From Thermoplasmata archaeon (lineage in GTDB: Archaea > Thermoplasmatota > Thermoplasmata > Lutacidiplasmatales > UBA184): a DNA stretch of 41,598 nt. The stretch spans positions 1-41,598 of the forward strand of contig JAKIWD010000003.1 in the NCBI GenBank assembly GCA_022750205.1. The letters are read 5' to 3'. Below are positions 9,000 to 16,866 of the stretch, piece after piece (positions within the stretch are counted from its first letter, which is position 1; each line of letters opens with the position of its first letter). Below the pieces are notes generated by a model. The model was not told the DNA's origin and made no database searches. It saw only the letters and a list, made by a program, of their open reading frames with translations. A program made the position numbers and the translations under genes.

Positions 9000-9694
9000 G
9001 TGGAGCGACCGCCGACGCGGGGTTGGGTCTCCTCGAGTCGCTCGATCACGAGCCCCTGGCTCCGGAAAAGGCCGACCCATTCGCCGTACGGGAGCTGGAA
9101 GTCGACCTCGTTCCCGTAGTCGACCGCGCGCATCCCGAAGTACGGGGTCGTCAGTCTCGCTCGCATCCGATCCGCGCGCCGGTCCCGAAAGAGAACGGAG
9201 ATCGGGCTGGCCGTGCTGAACACGAGGTGTCCACCCTCTCGAAGCACCCGGGCGCACTCGGGTATGGAGCGGTACGGATCGGCGAAGGTCAGTGCGCCCC
9301 AATCACAGAACACCAGGTCAAACCGCGCGTCCGGGAACGGCAGAACTTCCGCCGATCCCTGCACGAGTCGCACGCGCGATCGCGCCTCCCGGAGCTCGCG
9401 ACGGGCATGCGCGAGCTGGGTCCGAGAGAAATCGAGACCCAGGGCGTGCGCACCCCGCCGTGCCAAGGCGATCGACCAGCGCGCCGCACCGCACCCCACC
9501 TCGAGCGTGTCCCGGCCGCGCACGGGAGGGAGGAGCCGCAGCGACGATTCGGGGACTCGCCACAACCCCCAGGACATTGCTAAGCGGCCCCGGAGGGCTG
9601 CCCGGTGTTTCCGATCGTACGAATCGCTCGTGGCCTCCCAGCAACGGCGATTCGTTCGGATGTGGCGGTCCGCGCGCCTTGGGGACCTCGTCAC
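8879..9694 (-). CDS. Class I SAM-dependent methyltransferase
   Basis: Motif I LEVGCGAA, then GLDFSRTQL, GSAEVLPFPDARFDLVF and ARVLREGGHLVF. Confidence 0.92.
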   Translation of the reverse strand: MTRSPRRADRHIRTNRRCWEATSDSYDRKHRAALRGRLAMSWGLWRVPESSLRLLPPVRGRDTLEVGCGAARWSIALARRGAHALGLDFSRTQLAHARRELREARSRVRLVQGSAEVLPFPDARFDLVFCDWGALTFADPYRSIPECARVLREGGHLVFSTASPISVLFRDRRADRMRARLTTPYFGMRAVDYGNEVDFQLPYGEWVGLFRSQGLVIERLEETQPRVGGRSTYLSREEERWARRWPMECIWRLRKEPVSRAKLATARSRSR

Positions 9695-9781
9695 TCGCCG
9701 TCCCGTTTCCTCCGCGCGGCGAAGACCACGAGCCGGCTCACGTTCGTGCCCGCGGGGCCCTGCGACCGGTGTCGAGCTGCC

Positions 9782-12700
9782 TCAGGCCGGAGGGGCCGGG
9801 GGTTCACCCGGCTCGGGCCCCACGGCGAACGACCCATCGGAAGGGGTCTCGATCGGGGTTTCCAGCTCACGAGGACCGGTGTCGGCCGGCTCGAGCGGGC
9901 CGGGGCCTCCGTCCTTGGGCGGGTGGCGCCGCATGACCAACAGCGCCGCCAAGGCGAGAACCACGATCAAGGCTGCGACGACTCCCGCGTAGAGCTCCCA
10001 GGGCACCGCCGTCGACGACGGCGTCGTGGGGGTGGGGGTCGGTGGGGGCGTTGTGCTGTTGTTGCCGGGGGGCTTGCCGCCTCCGCCGCCACCACCGCCT
10101 CCGCCACCGCCGCCTCCCCCGCCGCCGCCCCCTCCACCACCGCCGCCCCCGCCTCCGGTCGAGGAGTTATGGGCGACAAAGGTCGACGAGGTCCCCAGCC
10201 ATTGGCCACCGGCGGGGTCGTAGACCGCCAACGTCAGGGTGTACGTGCCGTTGGTCGGAGCCTCTACGACAAGCGAACCTCCGCCGAGCTGCAGGTCACC
10301 GAGAACATTGCTCGAGGTGGTGGCGGGCGCGGGAGTGGTGAAGTTCAGCCACGCCGCATTGATCGACGCCGGTCCGCTCAAAGAGAACGTGACGGTGATC
10401 GGTCCGACGGGCAACGTCATGCCGCCGGCCGGGCCGGTGATCGCCAGCGCCACGACCGAGAACGGCAAGATGGTCGTGTTCAGCGTGTAGATAGGGAACC
10501 CTCCGCTGCCCAGGAACTGCGTGCTGAACAGCGTGACTTCGAGCTCGTAGGCTCCGCCTGCGAGATCGTTGCCCGACACGAAGTCGCTCGCCACGATCCC
10601 GACAGAACCGCTCGAGGTCCCGGGGAGCCAGAGACGGGCGTCCCCCGGCAGGTTCGTGGCGGAAGGCGTGTCGGTCAGGACCGCTTCGGTCGTCGGGTCG
10701 ACGACGCTGAGGGTCTCGCTGTAGGCTGAGGCGTTTGCGGCGATCGTCGTCGTGAAGGCGGCCGCCACGGTCGTCGCCGGCGCGCCCATGAGGTCCTCCC
10801 CCGGCGTCGGGCTGGTGATCGTCGCGGTCGGATTCGCCTCGACGGAGAACGTGAGGTTGGTCTGGTTCGCCACGTTGATCAGCCCGTCGGACGCCGAGAA
10901 GTCGAGCTGGTAGGTCCCGGCGCTCGGCACGGTGCAGGTCGCCGAGGCATCCACCGCGCCCGACAGGACCGAGCTAGGGCAGCTCAGCGTCGGGGACGAA
11001 GCGTCGGCGTGTAGCGTCCAGTTGATCGGGGTCGCCGGGTCCGCGGCATGCAGCGCAATGGGGAAGGGGACGGTGGGTTGGACCAAGCCGGCGATCGAGG
11101 CCGCCACGACGAACGTGCCCGGTCCCTTCAGGAGGTAGAACGAGCCCGAGCCGCCGACGGTCAGCGCCGTGACGGTGGCCGACGAAGCGCTCGCCGTGAG
11201 GTTGGAGGTGACGACGACCGTCGGACTCCCGTACCCGGCACCGACCAGCGAGACATTGTACGCGCCGGCGGGGAGGTTAGCGCTCGCCCCGGCAGCGACC
11301 GTCCAGGTTCCCGAGGTGCCTTGGACGTCCAACGCCACGGGGGCGTAGGGGTCGACCAAGAAGGAAACGGGGTAGGTCTGCGCGCCGAACGACGCCGTCA
11401 CGCTTCCGCCTCCCGCGACCTGGAGTGCGTACGAGGCCAGCCAGTCGCCGGCGGCGTTCTGGTTGTACTGCGTGAGCACCGTGACCGATCCGCTCGTGCT
11501 CCACCCGGTGAACATCATCCCGATGGCGGGTTCCGGCGCGAGCGCGTACACTCCGGCCGCGACGGAGCCGTTGGAGGCAGTACCCGAGTAGGAGGTCGCT
11601 TCGTTGAATACGATGGAACCTCCCGATGCGGTGAAGTTCACCGTCGAAACGCCCGCGGCGACATGGAAGCTCGCGTTGAGCTGGATCGCGGATCGCAAGG
11701 TGAGGGTCGTCAGCGAGGAGGTCAGGTTCCCGATGATCGCCCCGACGGCCGGGCTGATCGACCAGCCGAGGAAGTAGTCCCCCGGCGCAGGGACCGCGGC
11801 GATCGAATGCGTGGCGCGGGCGATCTGCGATTCCGTGATCGAGCCGGTGACGACCGCCCCGTCGAGGGCGATATGGCCGCCGACCCCACCGCGGATGGTG
11901 AGGTTGATGGTCGGGCTCGCATTGAATTCGGCCGTGAGCATCGACGTCCCATTCTGGAGCTCGAGGTTCGTCACGCGGCTGTAGTTCGAGAGCGTGCCCT
12001 CGCCCGTCGCATGCCACGCCGCGAAGGTGAACGAGGCGTTCGGGCTCGCGGAGATCGAGTACGTCCCGGAAACGAGGACGAGAACGGTGCCCGGATTGTG
12101 GGCAATGCCGTTGACGACGATCTTACCGCCGTCGATCGGGGTCGCCTCCAGCACGAGCGTGTCGTTCAAGGTCGTCGGCAGGTAGTGCGCGTCCAGCGAC
12201 GTCCCCGTGCCGCCCGTGAAGTTGATCCAGGTGTAGTTGGCGATCGGCGTGAACACGTAGACGCTACCGGTCGATGTCCAACCGTTGAACTTGAAGCCGG
12301 GCTGGGGCAGGGCTTGGACCGAGTAGATGCCCGGCGTCAGCGAAAAGCTCCGGTTGCCCACGACGGTCACGGCGCTGGTCAGCAACTGCCCATCGAACGG
12401 AATGCCCGGGTTGATCCCCGTCGGGAGCGGAGAAGGGGCCCACGAGAATCCCGGGACCAAACTGAGGTTCCCCTCGTGGTTCTCCTCGGTGATCAGCAGG
12501 TGGGTGACAGGTGCGAGGCCGGGGGCGAACGTGACCGTGATCGTCGCGGACGACGTGAGAGTGAAGCTGCTCCACCCCGTCGTCGCGGAGTCCAGCGTGG
12601 CCCCGGTCGTGGAACTGTAGCTCGTGAAGGACGAACCGGTAGCGGGGATCGCGTTGAGCGAGTAGGACCCGGGATCCAAGTGCTGGATCGTGGTCGTCCC

Positions 12701-14263
12701 GTGGAGCGTGTAGTTGAGGAAGTGGACCACGCCCGAGCCCGCTCCCGCCCACTGGAGTGTGAGGGAGCCCCCACCCGAGGTGGGGACGCTGAAGTTCTGG
12801 ACCGCGTAGAACGGGAGCCCGGCGGAATCGAACGCATACGACGTCAGATACTGGTTGTACTGCCCAAAGTCCCGGGTAACGCCCTGGAAGTCCGTGGCTC
12901 CGAATTCGTAGGCGTTCTGGTTGGCCGCGAAACTGTACCAGGGGTAGCTGCAGAAGTCGCTCCCGTCCCGGCCGAGGCAGGCGCCGCCGCTCAGGGAGTC
13001 GATCCACGAGATCCCGCCGAAGTCCTGGATGAAGCCGACCTGGCTCGCGGTCTGCCGGGATTTGGCGTTGAAGAAGACCGTCGGGTAGATGTGCCACGGG
13101 ACGAGCGTGTTGTTGATCCACCGCGACGGGATGTACGAGCCGCACGGGGCGGCGGGATTGTACTGGGTTGGAGGTGGAGCGCCGGCGTTGCAGCCCCCGA
13201 AGGAGTCGTTGCCCGGGTCGACCGTCGTATGTCCGGCTTCGAACGAGAACGATACCGGTAGGTCGCCGCCGGGGCTCCAGGGGAGCGCGTCGTCCACGTT
13301 GTTGGCGAGGTAGGCCGGGTTCAGGGGGTAGCGGCCCGAGTTGTTGTAGAGCGTGAGGTCCGAGGTGATCCCCGTCGACTGGTCGGCGACGACGATCGCC
13401 TCACCGGTCCGAGACCCTTCCCAGCCGGTCATGGTGATGAGGACACGATCGCCCTGGTTCATCTGGAACGGCGCGTTCGTGCCCGTGTCATTGAGGGCCG
13501 ACTGGTAGCACGGGTCTTCCTGCCCGTCCGACAGTTCGATCTGCCACGCTACCGCGTAGGCGCCCCACACGCCGGGCTGGGAGAATCCGGCCCCGTTCGT
13601 GTCCGGGTAGAATTGGAGTTCGAGGAAGCACTGGCCCATGTAGCCGAACGGGTCGTACAGGTTCATGCCGAACCAGACCGCGATGTACAGCGCCGATTGA
13701 TTCTGCGCCGCGCTCGTCTCGATCGGGAGCGAGACGTTCCACGTGACGTTCCCACCGCTCCCCGGAAGGTTGGAGAACGGCTCGAGTCCCGGCTCGTCGT
13801 GCCCGTAGCAGTTGTCCGCGTACGCCCACTGCCCGGCGTCGGGCCAGCGCCCGAAACACTCGTTGGTGAGCGACGGGAACGTCGGCGTCAACCCGGTGGG
13901 GGCCCTCGACGGGGACGCCGTGACCGGCGCTCCGGGCGGGACGGCGTCCGGGCCCCAGGCGCCGGGGTGGTAGCCGGGGTTGATGCTGTGGAATGCGAGA
14001 CCGGGCGCTCGCGCCGACGGCACGTGTCCGACAGCGGGCGTCGGAATGGAGGTCGAGCTAATGGCCCGGGGAGGGCTGGCGGTGGAGGGGGCGACCCCGA
14101 TCCCAACGTGCGGGACGTTTGCGGGGGCCGCGGCGGACGCCGGGGACGGCATCGAGCCGAGGATCGCGACGAGGGTGATCAGGACCATGAGCGATCCCGT
14201 GCGTAGTCGTCGACCCCGAGTCCCGATTTGCCTCACGTTCCGTTTCCTCCGCGCGAGGGCCAC
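9782..14263 (-). CDS. Large (1493 aa) membrane-anchored surface protein: signal peptide, Cys-rich N-terminal domain, beta-rich repeat stalk, poly-Gly/Pro-Thr linker, C-terminal TM helix
   Basis: Basic N-terminus plus hydrophobic LMVLITLVAILG...ASA. About five repeats of GxYSxxAxPxxGxxFxxWxxT (InlB B-repeat-like). A Gly27 run, then TPPPTPTPTTP, then TM helix LYAGVVAALIVVLALAALLVM followed by RRH and an acidic Pro-rich tail. Confidence 0.88.
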   Translation of the reverse strand: MALARRKRNVRQIGTRGRRLRTGSLMVLITLVAILGSMPSPASAAAPANVPHVGIGVAPSTASPPRAISSTSIPTPAVGHVPSARAPGLAFHSINPGYHPGAWGPDAVPPGAPVTASPSRAPTGLTPTFPSLTNECFGRWPDAGQWAYADNCYGHDEPGLEPFSNLPGSGGNVTWNVSLPIETSAAQNQSALYIAVWFGMNLYDPFGYMGQCFLELQFYPDTNGAGFSQPGVWGAYAVAWQIELSDGQEDPCYQSALNDTGTNAPFQMNQGDRVLITMTGWEGSRTGEAIVVADQSTGITSDLTLYNNSGRYPLNPAYLANNVDDALPWSPGGDLPVSFSFEAGHTTVDPGNDSFGGCNAGAPPPTQYNPAAPCGSYIPSRWINNTLVPWHIYPTVFFNAKSRQTASQVGFIQDFGGISWIDSLSGGACLGRDGSDFCSYPWYSFAANQNAYEFGATDFQGVTRDFGQYNQYLTSYAFDSAGLPFYAVQNFSVPTSGGGSLTLQWAGAGSGVVHFLNYTLHGTTTIQHLDPGSYSLNAIPATGSSFTSYSSTTGATLDSATTGWSSFTLTSSATITVTFAPGLAPVTHLLITEENHEGNLSLVPGFSWAPSPLPTGINPGIPFDGQLLTSAVTVVGNRSFSLTPGIYSVQALPQPGFKFNGWTSTGSVYVFTPIANYTWINFTGGTGTSLDAHYLPTTLNDTLVLEATPIDGGKIVVNGIAHNPGTVLVLVSGTYSISASPNASFTFAAWHATGEGTLSNYSRVTNLELQNGTSMLTAEFNASPTINLTIRGGVGGHIALDGAVVTGSITESQIARATHSIAAVPAPGDYFLGWSISPAVGAIIGNLTSSLTTLTLRSAIQLNASFHVAAGVSTVNFTASGGSIVFNEATSYSGTASNGSVAAGVYALAPEPAIGMMFTGWSTSGSVTVLTQYNQNAAGDWLASYALQVAGGGSVTASFGAQTYPVSFLVDPYAPVALDVQGTSGTWTVAAGASANLPAGAYNVSLVGAGYGSPTVVVTSNLTASASSATVTALTVGGSGSFYLLKGPGTFVVAASIAGLVQPTVPFPIALHAADPATPINWTLHADASSPTLSCPSSVLSGAVDASATCTVPSAGTYQLDFSASDGLINVANQTNLTFSVEANPTATITSPTPGEDLMGAPATTVAAAFTTTIAANASAYSETLSVVDPTTEAVLTDTPSATNLPGDARLWLPGTSSGSVGIVASDFVSGNDLAGGAYELEVTLFSTQFLGSGGFPIYTLNTTILPFSVVALAITGPAGGMTLPVGPITVTFSLSGPASINAAWLNFTTPAPATTSSNVLGDLQLGGGSLVVEAPTNGTYTLTLAVYDPAGGQWLGTSSTFVAHNSSTGGGGGGGGGGGGGGGGGGGGGGGGGGGKPPGNNSTTPPPTPTPTTPSSTAVPWELYAGVVAALIVVLALAALLVMRRHPPKDGGPGPLEPADTGPRELETPIETPSDGSFAVGPEPGEPPAPPA
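10076..10156 (-). repeat. Poly-glycine tract of 27 codons inside the large surface protein
   Basis: 81 nt of NCC triplets on the + strand, read as GGN x27 on the minus strand. All four Gly codons are used. Confidence 0.95.
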
Positions 14264-14466
14264 GGTTCGCCGCAGTGGTCCCTCTTCCGCGTCTGCACGA
14301 TCGCAGCCGCGGCGAGAGCCTCAGCGGCCCACCCCGGATGGCCCAGATTCCGTTCGAATAAGAGGGGGTATAAGAAACCGTGCCAAATCAGACGCCGCAG
14401 CCCCGAAATGGGGACTCTCACGCCGGCCCGGCAGGTTGCGATATCGTCCCTCGAGAGTCAGGGCAC

Positions 14467-16866
14467 ATGACGTATAACTCGAGGGAATCCGCCGCCCGAA
14501 TATGGGCGGCGACCGGGGTGGCACTCCTCCTAGCGATGTGCCTCCCGCTGAACTCGGAGAATCAATCGGCGGGCCAGCTCCGAATCGCGGTGTCGTCGGA
14601 CAGCGCGGCCCGTCCCGCGGGGTCGTCGCTCCTCTCCCAGCCCGCGCCGGACCCGCCGGGGAGCAGCCTGCGAGAGGAGGGAGGGAATCCGCGTCCGGCG
14701 GCCACGGGGGTCGACCCCTACCTGACGTTCACCCAGCAACCGGCGCCGGTGGGAGAGGCGGATTTTGGCCTCGGCCCGGGGGGTGCACCTCTCGGCTATG
14801 CCACCTCGATCTTCCTCGGTCAGATCGACCTGACGAACCTCTCGGTGCTGAACTCGAGCTTGCCGAGCCCCGGCGCGCTGACCTTTCAGCTGAACGTCAA
14901 CCTCGAGTTCTCCGAGGGCCCGAAAACGTACGTCTACTGGGCCCAGGACCTGTTCCAGTTCAATACCCAGGGTGGGGAGGCCCAGTTCGCCGACGCTGTC
15001 TGGAACGCTTCGGGCGTCGGCGACCAGCTGACCCCCTCCTCGCTCGTCGGGAACGGCAATCTGACCTCGTCTCCGGCCGGGAAGTTCTATTCCTACGCCG
15101 CCGGCCCGAACGCGACGGGAAATGGGATATTCTTCCCGCTGCCCGCCGAGGTTCAACTGCAGGTCACCTCCCTCGACGTCCAGGGCGTCCCCGGTCTCGA
15201 TTTCCAATTTGAGGACGGCTTCGGCTGGAACACCTACGACGTGGTACGATTCCCGTTTGCAGCAGGGGCCTTGGTCTCGGGTTTTGTCGTGAACGGGTCG
15301 GCCTATCGCCCGGACGGAAAGTACCTCGACGCCGAGCTAGTGTTGGGGGGCCCCAGCCCCGGCGCCAGCACCGTTGCGCGGACACTCGGCGCCCGCCTCG
15401 CCCTCCTCTACTGGAACGGGCACAACCTCCAGTCGATCCTCGACTCCTACAACTTCGGGGGAGACTCGACGGCCTCGATCGGCCATGTCGAGAGTTCCCC
15501 GGCCTTCGACCCCACCGACGGATCGGTGACCGCGGGCTTGAACGCAAGCGCCTCCGGCCCCCTCGGCCCGCTGTTCAATCGCTCGGACCTGGGTGTCGTC
15601 AACATCTCGACCTCCGTCGCCGCTGGCTCCGTCGCCATCAACGCTGCCGTCAACGAGACCTTTCAGGGCGGCGGCGCGAACTTCACCGTTCCGCCCGGCA
15701 ACTACACCTTCGCGATCTACGCCGACGGTCTGCGTCAGGGAGCGGCCCGAGCTGCCGTCAACGCGGGGTCGTACCTCGGGCTCGCCATCGCGTGGCACGT
15801 TGTCTACTCCCTCACGTTCCTCAGCGCTGGCCTCCCCACCGGTGTCACCTGGTCTGTCACCGTGAACGGTTCGACGGAGTCGTCGGACACCAGCACGATC
15901 TCCTTCGTGGCGTCGACCGGGAACTATTCGTTCCAGGTAGGACCGCAATCCGGCTTCGTGGCTTCTCCCGCTTCGGGATCGATCCCCGTCACGACGGAAG
16001 CCGTGATCGAGGACCTCGATTGGACGCTGCAGCTCGTGGCGCTGTCGTTTGTCGAGGTAGGGCTCCCGATTGCGACGCCCTGGTCCGTGACGGTCCAAGG
16101 CGTGGTGTACTCGGGAACGAGTTCGGCCATTTCCGTCACCGTACCTCCCGGAACGGTCGCCTACTCGGTAGGGGACGTCCCGGGGTACCGCTCCACCCCA
16201 CGCGTTGGGCTGCTTCAGGTGAATGCGGACAACCTCACGGTGAACTTGACATGGGTGCCGTTCACGTATCTGGTGAACTTCGTCGCCAACGGGCTCCCCG
16301 CGTCCGCGATCTGGTCGGTTAACCTGAGCACGGGCGGGGACGGGACGACGCTGACCGGCGACACGCCGGTCCAGTCGACGGAACTCCCGAATGGGAGCTT
16401 CGCGTTCCGCGTCGTCGGTCCGGCGGGATATACCCCGACCCTCCCGGGTTCTTCACTCGTCGTCGCCGGGCGCGACATCGAGGTCGCGATCCCGTTCGAG
16501 TTGGTCGTCGGGTTCATCCTGGGAAATCTCCTCCCCACGGATGTTTCCGTTTGGGTCGACAACCTGAGCCTCAACGTTTCCAATGGCAGTTTCAATTTCT
16601 CGGTCGTCCCGGGGATCCACGACGTCCGAGCGTCGGCGCCCGGGTACGCCTCGATCGAGCGCCTGGTCATCGTGGAGGCCAACCGCACCACGATCGTCGA
16701 CTGGCAGCTCTCGAGCGACGAGGCCGGCTCGACGTTCCTCTCCCCGACCGTCGGGGCGATCCTTGGGCTCGTTGGGGCGGCCGCGATGGTGGGATGGTTT
16801 GCGTTCCGTCGACGGAGATCGAAACGATCGCATGCACGAATTCGAGGCACAAATGACGACGTTTAG
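14467..16866 (+). CDS. Thermopsin-family (peptidase A5) membrane-anchored protein, paralog 1, with divergent motifs
   Basis: Signal peptide, then PAPVGEADFG, FQLNVNL, YVYWAQD, DAELVLGGP and LLYWNGHN. Three F-x3-GLP-x4-WSV stalk repeats, a PEGA-like domain, and a TM helix followed by RRRR. Start placed at ATG 14467; the ORF track uses 14380. Confidence 0.88.
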   Translation: MTYNSRESAARIWAATGVALLLAMCLPLNSENQSAGQLRIAVSSDSAARPAGSSLLSQPAPDPPGSSLREEGGNPRPAATGVDPYLTFTQQPAPVGEADFGLGPGGAPLGYATSIFLGQIDLTNLSVLNSSLPSPGALTFQLNVNLEFSEGPKTYVYWAQDLFQFNTQGGEAQFADAVWNASGVGDQLTPSSLVGNGNLTSSPAGKFYSYAAGPNATGNGIFFPLPAEVQLQVTSLDVQGVPGLDFQFEDGFGWNTYDVVRFPFAAGALVSGFVVNGSAYRPDGKYLDAELVLGGPSPGASTVARTLGARLALLYWNGHNLQSILDSYNFGGDSTASIGHVESSPAFDPTDGSVTAGLNASASGPLGPLFNRSDLGVVNISTSVAAGSVAINAAVNETFQGGGANFTVPPGNYTFAIYADGLRQGAARAAVNAGSYLGLAIAWHVVYSLTFLSAGLPTGVTWSVTVNGSTESSDTSTISFVASTGNYSFQVGPQSGFVASPASGSIPVTTEAVIEDLDWTLQLVALSFVEVGLPIATPWSVTVQGVVYSGTSSAISVTVPPGTVAYSVGDVPGYRSTPRVGLLQVNADNLTVNLTWVPFTYLVNFVANGLPASAIWSVNLSTGGDGTTLTGDTPVQSTELPNGSFAFRVVGPAGYTPTLPGSSLVVAGRDIEVAIPFELVVGFILGNLLPTDVSVWVDNLSLNVSNGSFNFSVVPGIHDVRASAPGYASIERLVIVEANRTTIVDWQLSSDEAGSTFLSPTVGAILGLVGAAAMVGWFAFRRRRSKRSHARIRGTNDDV

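Noticed and set aside
10026-10223. Poly-proline ORF on the + strand
   Set aside because: It is the antisense reading of the poly-Gly codons of the large surface protein.
11048-13261. Long alternative-frame ORFs (737 aa here; also 7851-9302, 21304-22863, 33365-34942 and others)
   Set aside because: They are antisense or off-frame to well-supported genes, Arg/Gly-rich and motif-free, as expected from stop-codon scarcity in high-GC DNA.
16583-16852. Upstream extension of thermopsin paralog 2
   Set aside because: It lies inside paralog 1 in another frame. A signal-peptide-like sequence only follows ATG 16853.
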